From assembly GCA_965263355.1 (NCBI GenBank), contig CBDHHL010000032.1:96001-160000 (forward strand): a stretch of 64,000 nt of DNA, in the 5' to 3' direction. The position numbers and the translations under genes are program-made. The stretch is from Leptolyngbyaceae cyanobacterium (GTDB taxonomy: Bacteria; Cyanobacteriota; Cyanobacteriia; Phormidesmidales; Phormidesmidaceae). The notes beneath the pieces are model-generated. The model was not told where the DNA came from, ran no database searches, and was given only the letters and a program-made list of their open reading frames with translations. Of the stretch, positions 10,534-20,982 are shown in pieces (within the stretch, counting starts at the first letter, position 1; every line of letters starts with the position of its first letter).

Positions 10534-11690
10534 TACATTGCTCCAACAGTTGAATGCTGAATGGGCTGCAACCTGTTTAATACATCCAAATATTGGTGAA
10601 CGATACAATCTATGGTGAAGGCTTGCGATCGCGTCTTCAGTATCTGTTTATCGATGGGATGGTTCAGCGTTGCCACAATGGCATCAGCCATCGCCTTATG
10701 ATCGCCCACTGGCACCAATGCACCATATTGACCCTGGTTCAAAATTTCTGCTGGGCCGCTCTCACAGTCCGTCGAAACAACGGGTGTCCCCGCCGCAATC
10801 GCTTCCGCAACAACATTGCCAAACCCTTCATAAATGGACGATAAAACAAACACATTCGCCTTAGCCATATAGGCATAGGGATTCTCAACAAACCCGGAGA
10901 AGAGAACATCGTCCTTTAGACCAAACTTTTCAATTAAATTTTCCAGTTCAGGTTTTACATCAGGTTCACGAGTATCCACATCCCCCAAAATCATGAGTCG
11001 TGCGGCGCAGTGCTGACGCACCAGTGCAAATGCCTGAATCAGTGTTGCAAAACTCTTTTGCTTAACGATTCGCCCCACACCGATCAAAACTGGGGGCTGA
11101 TCCTGTTCAAACCAGGGATGAACAATAGCTTCCTGGGCTTTCCTGGCAAAGTCAGCTGTAACCACTGGATTATGAATTACCGTCATCCGCTGCATCGAGA
11201 TTTTAGCATTTTGCTCAATATCTCGCGCCACACCTTCCGATGCAGTCACAATGGCATCTGCCCAAGGATACAAATACTGCACTGCCGCCCACTTAAATTG
11301 TTGTATCAGCTTGATATGACGATCTTGAAATTGTTGAGAAAGGTTTGTCTGAACACACATGACCACTTGAGTGTTCACCCTTGCTAAACGTTTTGCTAAC
11401 GTCGCTGAACTAAAAATATCCAGTGTAGAAATGAGAAAGGCAGGCTGTTCCTGTTTTAAGTATTGCTTAAGGGCCAACGTCTTAAACAAAAATACAGGAG
11501 ACTTTGCATCTAAGTTAATCAGTCGTACGCTCGGTGGAATATTTGACAAATAAGCTCCCTCTGCTTTTGCAACAACAAGGTCAACCTCAAGTCCTCGTTC
11601 TGCAAATCCCTCGGCTAGATGCAGCATTACCCGCTCAGCACCGCCACCGTCAAGGTTAGGTATAAACAAGCTAATAAAGGGTTGTGGCAT
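10533..11690 (-). CDS. Glycosyltransferase family 4
   Basis: LDGGGAERVM N-terminus; FVLSSIYEGFGNVVAEA motif. Confidence 0.93.
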   Translation of the reverse strand: MPQPFISLFIPNLDGGGAERVMLHLAEGFAERGLEVDLVVAKAEGAYLSNIPPSVRLINLDAKSPVFLFKTLALKQYLKQEQPAFLISTLDIFSSATLAKRLARVNTQVVMCVQTNLSQQFQDRHIKLIQQFKWAAVQYLYPWADAIVTASEGVARDIEQNAKISMQRMTVIHNPVVTADFARKAQEAIVHPWFEQDQPPVLIGVGRIVKQKSFATLIQAFALVRQHCAARLMILGDVDTREPDVKPELENLIEKFGLKDDVLFSGFVENPYAYMAKANVFVLSSIYEGFGNVVAEAIAAGTPVVSTDCESGPAEILNQGQYGALVPVGDHKAMADAIVATLNHPIDKQILKTRSQAFTIDCIVHQYLDVLNRLQPIQHSTVGAM

Positions 11691-11732
11691 TTTTTTACTC
11701 CTCAACTTTAAATTCTAAAACAGACATCAACG

Positions 11733-13028
11733 TCAGCCAGTTGGAACAAGTTCCACTATTAGAGGGGCATCATTGACAGGTAAAACAAGCGATTTGGGAC
11801 TGTTATATTGCGCAGTCGATGCTACGGATTGCAAGGGCTGATAGAGCTTAGCAGAGCTAATAGCGGTATCTAGCTTGACCGTAACCGTTTGGTATGGCAC
11901 TGAAATATTGCCCTGGCTCAACAAATTAAAACTGGGAACTTCTTGCCAAAGAATCAAATAAAAGCGTCCATCCTGTTTCTGGAGTAGCGTGTGATGAACA
12001 TTTGTGGTTTCTCCAGTCATTGCATAGCTCAGGGTGCCTGGAGTAAATTGATCGTCTGTATCTTGAAGCAGGGTAATTAAATTTTTGATTGCTATAAACG
12101 CAGGTTTAGGAGAACCGTCTCTGTGTAAAAGACCAAAATTACCTTCCTTGTTGTTATTGTCCCATTTGTTAATTAGCTCATTTAGATATACCCGTTGAAT
12201 GCCCCGATTAAAGTATTCCAACCACAACCGAGGTACATACTTGCTAGCCGCTAACTCTGACACCCCTGGTTGTCCAGAGCTAGTAGAGAGTGCATTGTGC
12301 CATCCAGACTCAGTCGCAATGAGAGGTTTAGCAGGACATAATTTTTCTGTTGCTGGGATCCAGTTCCAGTCTAGCCCTGCTGTGGGAGGCTCACCACCAG
12401 GATAGCTATGCATAGCGCCATAATCACAGTCAACTGCCCCCAATTGACTGGCATTCCCCCAAAGCGCCACCGTTGGACTCAGCACATCGATACTGGTCGT
12501 TGCTGGGTCGGCTTTAATGGCATCATAAAGTTCAGATTGAAAGGTGCGCACCCCTGTTGGAAACGGCTGTCCTTTATAGGTCAAGTCTTCCCACACATCC
12601 CACTCATTGGGCCCTTCAACCGCCTCCACCGATGTGGGAATTGCTTTAACAATATCCACGGCAACAGAGGCCGTCGCCTGATCCCTAGGATCCATAACCA
12701 GCGTAGATTTGATGCCAAGGGTGGCCAGCTCAGCAAACTTCTGTTGCGTGACTGTGTCGTCTAGCTTAACCCCATCTCGAATGTGGTATACACCCAGTTC
12801 TTGCAATCTTGGCTTAATAATAGAATCGTAGTCACCGTAGGCGCTTTTCGTTCTGTTGAGATGGACAACCACACCCACTGAATCAATAAATGAACTGGCC
12901 GTACGTGCCGTTTCGGAAAAGCTTTGTGATTGGCTAGGAAGTACAGTACTACAGGAAAATACGGCACTCACTAAAACCATAAGCAAATACTGACGACGCT
13001 GCCTCCAGGTAGGTAACCAAGATTTCAT
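11733..13028 (-). CDS. Secreted glycoside hydrolase-like protein (clan GH-A TIM-barrel type)
   Basis: Signal peptide with RR; putative acid/base motif EGPNEWD and nucleophile motif IATESGW; NFGLL..DGSPKPAF. Confidence 0.7.
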   Translation of the reverse strand: MKSWLPTWRQRRQYLLMVLVSAVFSCSTVLPSQSQSFSETARTASSFIDSVGVVVHLNRTKSAYGDYDSIIKPRLQELGVYHIRDGVKLDDTVTQQKFAELATLGIKSTLVMDPRDQATASVAVDIVKAIPTSVEAVEGPNEWDVWEDLTYKGQPFPTGVRTFQSELYDAIKADPATTSIDVLSPTVALWGNASQLGAVDCDYGAMHSYPGGEPPTAGLDWNWIPATEKLCPAKPLIATESGWHNALSTSSGQPGVSELAASKYVPRLWLEYFNRGIQRVYLNELINKWDNNNKEGNFGLLHRDGSPKPAFIAIKNLITLLQDTDDQFTPGTLSYAMTGETTNVHHTLLQKQDGRFYLILWQEVPSFNLLSQGNISVPYQTVTVKLDTAISSAKLYQPLQSVASTAQYNSPKSLVLPVNDAPLIVELVPTG

Positions 13029-13032
13029 AGGT

Positions 13033-13761
13033 CTAATTTTCCAAAAATTTTTGATACAGTAAGTTAGCAGTTGGCAGCAACGGATGTTCGGTTAATTCTT
13101 CCAGCACATCCTGCTTAATTCGAGCTTTTGCCTCGGTAGGAATAGCAACTAAATGTTCAGGCTGCTTGAGTTCTTTCTGAGCTTTCTTTAACTGGCTAAA
13201 AATAGTATCGCGTACTTCAGGGGTAATTGGCTCCATGTGGAATGAAGTATCATAGCGCTGGTTAATTCTCTCAACTACTTGGTGAGGATATTGGGTGGTG
13301 TCCTTAAAGTCGGAAAGAACAACATTGTTATGGACTGGCCAAATGCGCTCGTAAAAATTGATATAACTTTGAATCGCAAACTGAGTAGACAATGCTCGAT
13401 CAACGACTAATACTGAGGCAATGGCATCAATGGGATTACGAATCAAAACAACACATGGGATACCATACTCTATTGCTTTAATCACTTGTAAAGGAGCATG
13501 CATATGGTGGGCGGCCTTTACCGTAGGATTATACATTCGAAAAGCTCTAGAAAAGAACGAATTAGCTGAACGGGGAAAGCCTTCTATACAAATATCTTTC
13601 TCAGGAGAGATCTTCTTCCATCTATTTTTTTCTGCAAGCGGTAACATTCGGAACAAGAATTCATGACGTCCCATGATGTGTCCCGTTCGATATTTTGTAT
13701 TTTTAATCAGTCTTTTGGTAAGCATAGGTTGAAATCGATCCAGTGATTGAGCAAAAGGCAT
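13033..13761 (-). CDS. Sulfotransferase-like protein
   Basis: 5'-PSB-like IEGFPRSANSF and 3'-PB-like VLIRNPIDAIAS motifs. Confidence 0.7.
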   Translation of the reverse strand: MPFAQSLDRFQPMLTKRLIKNTKYRTGHIMGRHEFLFRMLPLAEKNRWKKISPEKDICIEGFPRSANSFFSRAFRMYNPTVKAAHHMHAPLQVIKAIEYGIPCVVLIRNPIDAIASVLVVDRALSTQFAIQSYINFYERIWPVHNNVVLSDFKDTTQYPHQVVERINQRYDTSFHMEPITPEVRDTIFSQLKKAQKELKQPEHLVAIPTEAKARIKQDVLEELTEHPLLPTANLLYQKFLEN

Positions 13762-13767
13762 GATTTC

Positions 13768-15198
13768 CTAGTTTTGGATATAAAAATTCTGGTGTGTATG
13801 ATAGCGAGATGCAGCCAGTCCAATGCCTAAAAACCCCCACAGCACCATGCCGACCACGCCAATCATGGTGACATTGAGACTCATTTGGGCAAAGATACCG
13901 AATGCGATCGCACGGGCTGCGCTAGCAAACGTATCAATCCGGGCTTCAACTCCCTGAAAGAGTTTAAAGAAAATCAACAACATTCCAGTCAGGTATGGCA
14001 AGGTGCCCACCCATCCTAGGGAAAACAAAAATGTCAAAATACTACTATCATTACTGCCTAAATACTCGCTTTTGACAACGGTTCCCAAGCCTTGACCCAT
14101 ACCTTGGTTCAGCGCCTCCCCTAGGAGTTCGTTATACCCCTCTAGTCGAGCTTGATAACTGCCATCTTGCTGGGTATTTGAGAAAGATTCCAACCGAGGC
14201 GCGATCTCACTTGCCAAGGGTTCTATTGAGGCCAATGGCACCACAAGTAACGCCATCACCATTAAGGTAATCAACAATCGCACCTGCAGGTGTGATTTGA
14301 GTGAGGGTAGGTAAAGCATTAATCCGGCCCCCCAACTCAGCCACCCTGATCGCGCCAATGTCAGCAAGAAAGAGAGATATCCCGCACCAGTGGCAACAAA
14401 CTTTAAACTCTCGCGATTGCTCAGTAATAAAATCAGACCCGCCATCATCATAGCGGCAAAAGGTTGGGGTGAATTCATTGTGCTCCATACACGAATACCT
14501 AAGGGTTCTGGATAACCAAATACATCGGTGTCTACCGCATTAATTAACCAAAACCGATCCCATTCGGGCGCGCTCAGGTATTGCCAGATGCCATAGCCCC
14601 CCATCACCATTACTCCCCAGAGAAATGTGCGCTGAATGGTTTGGCGATAAGCCGGATACTCTCGCCAGTTAATAAACAAGTGAAAGCCAAACAATAATGG
14701 CGGCAGCCAGTTTAACAAGGCGACTAAGGTTCCCGCCAACGGGTTTTGAACCAGTCCAATTAAGAATCCATAAAGGACACTGGTAAAACAGAGAATAAAG
14801 GGTCCCCCTCCCTGAAGATGAGCCCTTGGCAGGTGGCGGAACAAGGTTACAACAGAAATGAGTGTAACTAACGGCGGAGCTAACAAGACGAGGCTAGGAT
14901 CTTGCCAACCACTTTGCTGATCAATCAAACGGCGTACCAGGGGGGTTAGGAACCAAAGCCACCAGGTAAAACTAATATACAGCAAGGGATAACGTACATA
15001 AAGTAGCCCCCCAACAGCCACAGCACCTATTGGAAAAAGTAGGCGTAATAAACCACCAACTCCCGCCAAAATCCCTAAAACTACCATTAGGGCGAGTGCC
15101 AAAATTGCAGTCCAGGCTAAAGCAGGACGAAATCTAAGCCAAATAAATGTAGCCTGACTGGAAGAATAGGGAGTTCGCTGTTGCTCTTGTAGTATCAT
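13768..15198 (-). CDS. O-antigen ligase / Wzy-like polysaccharide polymerase
   Basis: Many TM segments, RVWSTMNSP and LTLARSGW motifs, periplasmic loop before GMGQGLG; EPS-cluster context. Confidence 0.8.
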   Translation of the reverse strand: MILQEQQRTPYSSSQATFIWLRFRPALAWTAILALALMVVLGILAGVGGLLRLLFPIGAVAVGGLLYVRYPLLYISFTWWLWFLTPLVRRLIDQQSGWQDPSLVLLAPPLVTLISVVTLFRHLPRAHLQGGGPFILCFTSVLYGFLIGLVQNPLAGTLVALLNWLPPLLFGFHLFINWREYPAYRQTIQRTFLWGVMVMGGYGIWQYLSAPEWDRFWLINAVDTDVFGYPEPLGIRVWSTMNSPQPFAAMMMAGLILLLSNRESLKFVATGAGYLSFLLTLARSGWLSWGAGLMLYLPSLKSHLQVRLLITLMVMALLVVPLASIEPLASEIAPRLESFSNTQQDGSYQARLEGYNELLGEALNQGMGQGLGTVVKSEYLGSNDSSILTFLFSLGWVGTLPYLTGMLLIFFKLFQGVEARIDTFASAARAIAFGIFAQMSLNVTMIGVVGMVLWGFLGIGLAASRYHTHQNFYIQN

Positions 15199-15305
15199 TA
15201 GATTTCACCAAAGGTATTGGTATCACTGTTGTGAACAATGCTTCCAAAACGTCTAACCCTATATTTTATTTTTGTAACTCAATAGGATAATGCTGCATCT
15301 GTTTT

Positions 15306-16277
15306 TTAATTCCGAGATAGCTTCACCAAAGCATTTACATTAGGCAATGATTGCCTTATCGATAGGACAAGACTGATGGGAAAATTGAGAAAAGGATAGT
15401 TAACTTTTGCTAGTCTTAACTTAAGATTTAAACAATGGCCAAAAAAGTGTAGAGTTGGATCAAACGTCAATGCTTGTTGGAGCAGTTCACTGGCTCTCTG
15501 CTTCTCCTCAGAGATGGAAAATGCCCTCCAAGCCGCATGAAGATAGGCACGACCAAAAGCTTTTCTCTTTAAGTAATTGTTACTAGAACTATAGTCTTGA
15601 AAAACCTTATTAAGGATTTTGCAAAAGCTATCTAACTGCCCCTCATAGTTTTTGGATTTATTGTTTGCATGTTCACGATACAAAACAAGAGGCTCATGAA
15701 TAGTCTCAAAGGAATAGTTAGCAGAAATTCTAATCCACATATCCCAATCTTCTGCATATTTCAATGTTTGGTCAAAGTAACCTACATCTTCAAAACAGCA
15801 GCGACGCACCATAGCAGTACTGCCACAGCGCACAAGATTGTAAACGACCATCTGTTCCCAAACATTTCCTTTGCCATGGGTAGTCATTAATCGCCCAGTA
15901 GGTATGCCATCAGACTGTATAAACGCAGTCCAGGTATGAACCAATCCTACAGCTGGATTATCCTCTAAATATCGAACCTGTTTTTCAAGCTTTGTGGTTC
16001 TCCAGAGATCATCTGCATCAAGAAAGGCGATATATTTGCCTTTAGAATACTTGATCCCAGTATTCCTTGCACTTGCTGCACCTTGATTAGGTTGTGAGAT
16101 AAGTCTTATGCGAGAATCATCTAATTGAGATACCCAATCAACAGTTTTATCCGAACTGCCATCATCAATAATTAAAAGCTCGAAATCAGCAAATGTTTGT
16201 TGAAGAACACTCTCTACCGTTTCTGGTAGGTATTTCATCGCATTGTAGGATGGAATGACTACTGATACCTTTGACAT
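15306..16277 (-). CDS. Glycosyltransferase family 2
   Basis: MSKVSVVIPSYN...IIDDGSSD...AFLDADD...EDWDMW. Confidence 0.93.
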   Translation of the reverse strand: MSKVSVVIPSYNAMKYLPETVESVLQQTFADFELLIIDDGSSDKTVDWVSQLDDSRIRLISQPNQGAASARNTGIKYSKGKYIAFLDADDLWRTTKLEKQVRYLEDNPAVGLVHTWTAFIQSDGIPTGRLMTTHGKGNVWEQMVVYNLVRCGSTAMVRRCCFEDVGYFDQTLKYAEDWDMWIRISANYSFETIHEPLVLYREHANNKSKNYEGQLDSFCKILNKVFQDYSSSNNYLKRKAFGRAYLHAAWRAFSISEEKQRASELLQQALTFDPTLHFFGHCLNLKLRLAKVNYPFLNFPISLVLSIRQSLPNVNALVKLSRN

Positions 16278-16421
16278 TGGAAAATAACTCCCTCGATTAG
16301 ATCTACTTTTTAATGAGAAGAATGTTTTTAAGCCATATATTTTCAATAAGAAAACTGAATCCGACTTAGAAGACCGAAAAAGAAAACCAATTTATATCAT
16401 GTAAGCTTAACGACTGATAAA

Positions 16422-17330
16422 TTAAGTGCGGCGAGGCTCGAATCCTATCTGAAGACGTAGCAATTCAAAAAATTGAATATAATGTAAGAGAAAAATCATG
16501 ACGAAAATCGTCAATTTATGTTGTTGCCTTTTGAGGTTTTTCCTGAGATAGCTTTTTCGAATTGCTGAGCGTAAGGGGGGCCTAAGTTGAGTGATCAAGT
16601 TTTTAGTAAGCTTCAGATTCTGTTTAGGATTAAAACTATCTAAGGTATACATGCCCCCAATCCTGCGAATGAGTTTTTTGCGAATTTCCTTGAAAGAATG
16701 TCGAGCAGGGTGAGCAATACAGCTATCAGCAGCATAGACGATTTCAAATCCTTTATTAGTAACTCGTTTTCCCCATTCTAAATCCCCCCCTGATTTGAGA
16801 TCGGCATTAAAAAGACCAACATCCTCAAAAACATGTTGAAATGTAAAGAGATTTGCAGTAGCCCCCCATTTTTGTTCTTTTACATAAGTCTCCTGCTGCA
16901 GAAATTCAAGGCTATCGTAGAGTTCAAATGCATTTGGATGGCCTGATTCCTTAAAGAAAAAATTAATTTTCCCTGCCACAATGCCACAATTCTCAGTGGA
17001 GAGAAGCTTTTGGATCCCTTTTTCAATCCAGTCTGGTGAAGGAATACAGTCTGAATCGGTAAAGGCAAGAATATTACCCTTGGCAATGGTAATACCTTTG
17101 TTGCGAGCAGCATAAGAGCCAACTTTCTCTTCATAGGCAAGCCTTACCTGTGGGAAGAGTTTAACAGAGGTTTTGATATCTTGAGTTGATGCATTATCAA
17201 CAACAATGACTTCATAATTCTTGATTGGATACGTTTGTTGAATTAGCGCACTTAAGCATAGCTTTAATCTTTGAGCATCATTAAACGTAGGAATAATAAC
17301 GGATACGAAATCAGTCATTGGCTTATTCAT
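16422..17330 (-). CDS. Glycosyltransferase family 2
   Basis: VSVIIPTFN, VVDNAS, AFTDSDC motifs. Confidence 0.92.
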   Translation of the reverse strand: MNKPMTDFVSVIIPTFNDAQRLKLCLSALIQQTYPIKNYEVIVVDNASTQDIKTSVKLFPQVRLAYEEKVGSYAARNKGITIAKGNILAFTDSDCIPSPDWIEKGIQKLLSTENCGIVAGKINFFFKESGHPNAFELYDSLEFLQQETYVKEQKWGATANLFTFQHVFEDVGLFNADLKSGGDLEWGKRVTNKGFEIVYAADSCIAHPARHSFKEIRKKLIRRIGGMYTLDSFNPKQNLKLTKNLITQLRPPLRSAIRKSYLRKNLKRQQHKLTIFVMIFLLHYIQFFELLRLQIGFEPRRT

Positions 17331-17399
17331 AAGAAATACTTCCAAAAATCAAGCTAATAAACGACGATGACAGTTGATGCTTATCGATTGCTGAATTGA

Positions 17400-18461
17400 T
17401 TAATCAACAAGACAATCTTGATAGACTTTAAGTGTCATCTCTGCAACCTTTTCCCAATTGTTTTCTTGAGCTAAGACTAAATTAGATTTCCCCATTAATT
17501 CACAAGCATACTTTTTATTGAGACTAGAACTCATTGCCTGAAATAATCCATCTGCTTTATGGGGATCATAAAGGAATGAAGTATCATCATTTAAAGTCTC
17601 TGGAATACAACCTATAGTAGGAGCAATACAGGCTCGACCAAATGACATAGCTAAGATCATAGCTCCTGATGTGAGTAAATTTCGATACGGCAAAACAACA
17701 ACATCACAAGCATTCATATATATTTGAACATCATCATCTGGAACAAATCCAGGATAAAATCGAATTCGGTTATTTTCCTGACTTTTTAGATAAATCCAAT
17801 TAGATAATTGTTTATCTCTTGAATTACCAACTATTAATAAATAAGCATCTTCAGCATTTAGTTGATTAAATGCTTTGATCAGTTCAGGAATTCCTTTATA
17901 AGCCCTAATAAGCCCAAAGAATAAGAAAACTGTAGCTGACTTGGGTAAATTGATTTTATGTCGAGCAGTCTCTTGATCGATTATGTTTTTATAATAACCA
18001 AAATAATTTCCGTGGGGAATCACAGAAATCTTCTTCCCATTTTTTCCTAGAAGTTTATTAGCAATTTCTTGCTTTGCTACTTTAGAGTGAGCAATGATTG
18101 CATCAGCCAATAAGGCCACAGCTAGGGTGCAAATCCTATCAGAAATATGAAATAAATTCTCATGGGCTTTAAGATTATGGGCTGTCCAGACAATCTTAGT
18201 ACTAGAAATCTTCAGCTTGATCAGTCCACAGACAAATTTCAAAGCTTTCAGAAATGATTTATAGCGATTACTAGAATGAGAATACTCATGTAACCAATGG
18301 AGGTGTAAAACTTCAGACTCTTGGTTCTTTACCTCTTTGGGTAAATAAATCTTGTTATGTGGAATTCCCTGAACTAAAACTTCTAATTCTGACAAAGCAC
18401 TTATCAGCTGTTTTTGATAGGGATTTATAGACAGAAATTGGGGAGCAAATGCTATTTTCAT
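17400..18461 (-). CDS. Glycosyltransferase family 4
   Basis: NPYQKQL, HLHW, FFGLIRAYKG, VVLPY..LTSGA..LAMSFG motifs. Confidence 0.9.
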   Translation of the reverse strand: MKIAFAPQFLSINPYQKQLISALSELEVLVQGIPHNKIYLPKEVKNQESEVLHLHWLHEYSHSSNRYKSFLKALKFVCGLIKLKISSTKIVWTAHNLKAHENLFHISDRICTLAVALLADAIIAHSKVAKQEIANKLLGKNGKKISVIPHGNYFGYYKNIIDQETARHKINLPKSATVFLFFGLIRAYKGIPELIKAFNQLNAEDAYLLIVGNSRDKQLSNWIYLKSQENNRIRFYPGFVPDDDVQIYMNACDVVVLPYRNLLTSGAMILAMSFGRACIAPTIGCIPETLNDDTSFLYDPHKADGLFQAMSSSLNKKYACELMGKSNLVLAQENNWEKVAEMTLKVYQDCLVD

Positions 18462-18574
18462 ACTATCTTCCAACCTATTTAAGAAAACTTTGTGAGCAAT
18501 AAAGATTACGAAAATAATAGCTAGGCAAATAGTCTACAGATCTTTATTGCAAAAAAGAAAGATAAAATCCCTAC

Positions 18575-19825
18575 CTATACTATTAAAGCGTTAGATTTCG
18601 AACCCAAGATTTTAAGGGCAATAATCCTTAAAATTTCGATAGGCCCCTGAGTTTTATGGAGATCTAGAGAATCTTGAAAGTAAATAGTAGAATATCCTCT
18701 GATTCGATGAGTCAATAAATAAATTAGTAAATTAATTAGTATAGAGATTCTTCTTAAAAGCTTACCTTTTAACGCAGGTAAATGGCAAATAAAGATATCT
18801 CTATTAGACGAATAAATCCCTTTAGATATATCATCTTCTGTAAGTGAAACTAATCTTTTACCGTTATTTGCTAACTCAACAAAAAAGCTTTCATTCTTCT
18901 CAATAAACTCTCGATCAAGTTGATACAAAGAATAGATAGATTTTGGCGATTCTACTCCATCGTAGCCAAAAGTCTCTACTCCAGGTAGGCAAGCATAGGT
19001 AGTCGCTCTGTGAAGATAGCTAGGCAATTCTCTTTTCCACACATATAATCGATCTAAAGCTAAAGGCTTTGCAACTTGAGCTTTCCAATATTCCTTTGGT
19101 GAGCTAACACTATGAGCTGATTTTGAAAAATTTAACATGGTTTCTTCGAAATCTTCTCCTATATGGTCACAAATCTTGCTAAGGATTAACTTCGGTTCCA
19201 AGACTAAATCTTCATAGCGGATAGTTAGGGTCTTTTTATCTTGAGTGCAAAATGCATGACTTGCAGAAAACCATTCATTCCACAGATAGCAATTTGCCAA
19301 AATCGATTGGCTAGCCCATGGCAGCTTTCGCATAGACATTGCTGAATCCCGAGGATCACGAATAATTCGAATAATTGGTGATTCAGGAAAAATGTTACGG
19401 ATTAAGGGTAGATGTAACACATGATTAGGGGTTTTCTCAGCCCAACGGGGCTTATCCATCTTTTGAGCATACTGGATTGTAAGCGATTCGAGTAGAGTTC
19501 GTATGGAGGGAGGCCTATTCATAAGATGACTTGTGATCTTATCAGGAGTTAGTCCAAAAAGCTCATGAACAGACTGACCTGATAACTTGAGAGACGTGAC
19601 TAAATCAGCTGCTTTGTGCGGCCAATTAATGTCTTGAAGAGCATTATTTAGGTCTCTTTTATTTAGCTTATTAAAAAAATGTGATTCAGGCCCACAGGCA
19701 ATTTGACTATGACTTGTCAGAAAAGCTGAGAGCAATGTCGTTCCTGAACGAGGCGCACCAACAATAAAAATTGGAGCATTCTTCATGGTATTTCCTAACA
19801 TGGTGTTACTGTGTACTACAGTCAA
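18575..19825 (-). CDS. Sulfotransferase (PAPS-dependent, Sulfotransfer_3-like)
   Basis: PIFIVGAPRSGTTLL, WAEKTP, IIRDPRD, IRYEDLV motifs; the true start may be 19786. Confidence 0.92.
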   Translation of the reverse strand: MTVVHSNTMLGNTMKNAPIFIVGAPRSGTTLLSAFLTSHSQIACGPESHFFNKLNKRDLNNALQDINWPHKAADLVTSLKLSGQSVHELFGLTPDKITSHLMNRPPSIRTLLESLTIQYAQKMDKPRWAEKTPNHVLHLPLIRNIFPESPIIRIIRDPRDSAMSMRKLPWASQSILANCYLWNEWFSASHAFCTQDKKTLTIRYEDLVLEPKLILSKICDHIGEDFEETMLNFSKSAHSVSSPKEYWKAQVAKPLALDRLYVWKRELPSYLHRATTYACLPGVETFGYDGVESPKSIYSLYQLDREFIEKNESFFVELANNGKRLVSLTEDDISKGIYSSNRDIFICHLPALKGKLLRRISILINLLIYLLTHRIRGYSTIYFQDSLDLHKTQGPIEILRIIALKILGSKSNALIV

Positions 19826-19850
19826 TGATTAGCAACATTATTGCAAAATT

Positions 19851-20765
19851 TTACTCTCTTCCATTTGTGTCATTTATTGTCGATTCCTTGACCAAAGGCC
19901 AAAGTTTACCTGCACCTACAGCATTCTCTACATATTCTCGATCAGTTGATATGAGACTCTTTTTGCGGAAAATTGTATATAAGAGATGCCCAACTCTTGT
20001 ATTAGAAGCTCTTACAATATACCGTACTAGCCAGAGATGTATCGCTGATAATCGAAAACGGTAGAAAAGAATACCATCTGATAACAACTCAAGTTGATAA
20101 CCATATTTTTCGGCAATAAGTTTCATTGCCTTAGGCGAATAGAAAAAGACATGTCGACCAGTTAATACATTGAGATACTTCCACTCAGGACCTTGCTTAG
20201 TGTAAAGCGACGTGGTTACTAGTAAGACATCTGGCACAGACATAAAAATCTGCTCTATTTCTTCTTGTGGGTTAGTTAGATGTTCAAATACCTCAAAGGA
20301 GGTAACAAAGGAATAATGTTCATCTAAACTTCGCTCAAACCCTGAAGCGTACATATTCAGTGCATATTTATCCCAACAATAAGCGTTTAAGCCGTCGTCT
20401 CGAAGCATCCGAACAAATAAGCCATCTCCTGATCCCCAATCTAGAATTTTTGCGTCAGAGTTAAACTTTAAAATATGGAACAATAAGAATGTAATGCGCC
20501 TTAACTTCTGGATGCGAAGCACTGCACCAACATCTAAAACTCGTCGCTGGTCAGCATAGGCTTCATTTATCCAGTAAGGATTCTCAGTTTGCAAAGAATC
20601 ACAATGGCTACATTCATAGAATGCGGTTTCATACTTTCTCAAAATTTTACGTTGAAATAGAAACTTGGTTTTATGACCGCAAAGACGGCAATGGGTAGAA
20701 TGTGTGTTTGGCTTTACTTCTGAATCATGCAAGCTTAGGTTGTTTCTTTCTTGTTTTTCTATCAT
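19851..20765 (-). CDS. Class I SAM-dependent methyltransferase with N-terminal CxxC/CxxC
   Basis: CRLC...CSHC, ILDWGSGDG, SFEVFEHL motifs. Confidence 0.88.
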   Translation of the reverse strand: MIEKQERNNLSLHDSEVKPNTHSTHCRLCGHKTKFLFQRKILRKYETAFYECSHCDSLQTENPYWINEAYADQRRVLDVGAVLRIQKLRRITFLLFHILKFNSDAKILDWGSGDGLFVRMLRDDGLNAYCWDKYALNMYASGFERSLDEHYSFVTSFEVFEHLTNPQEEIEQIFMSVPDVLLVTTSLYTKQGPEWKYLNVLTGRHVFFYSPKAMKLIAEKYGYQLELLSDGILFYRFRLSAIHLWLVRYIVRASNTRVGHLLYTIFRKKSLISTDREYVENAVGAGKLWPLVKESTINDTNGRE

Positions 20766-20982
20766 AATTGCACCTAAAATTCTGAAAGTATTGATTTCAA
20801 ACCGAATATTTTGTATTCCTTCTCAATAATTCTCAGTAAGAGATTTATAGCATTTCTACTTTGCTTAGGAGGCTAAAAAAGAGAGGTCCTTGTACAGAAG
20901 ATGCCTTAGGCTGTAATCGAGAATAAATCTTCTTGAGGAGGTCTAGAGAGTTTTTCGACGTCAACATACTTTATCTTTATTT

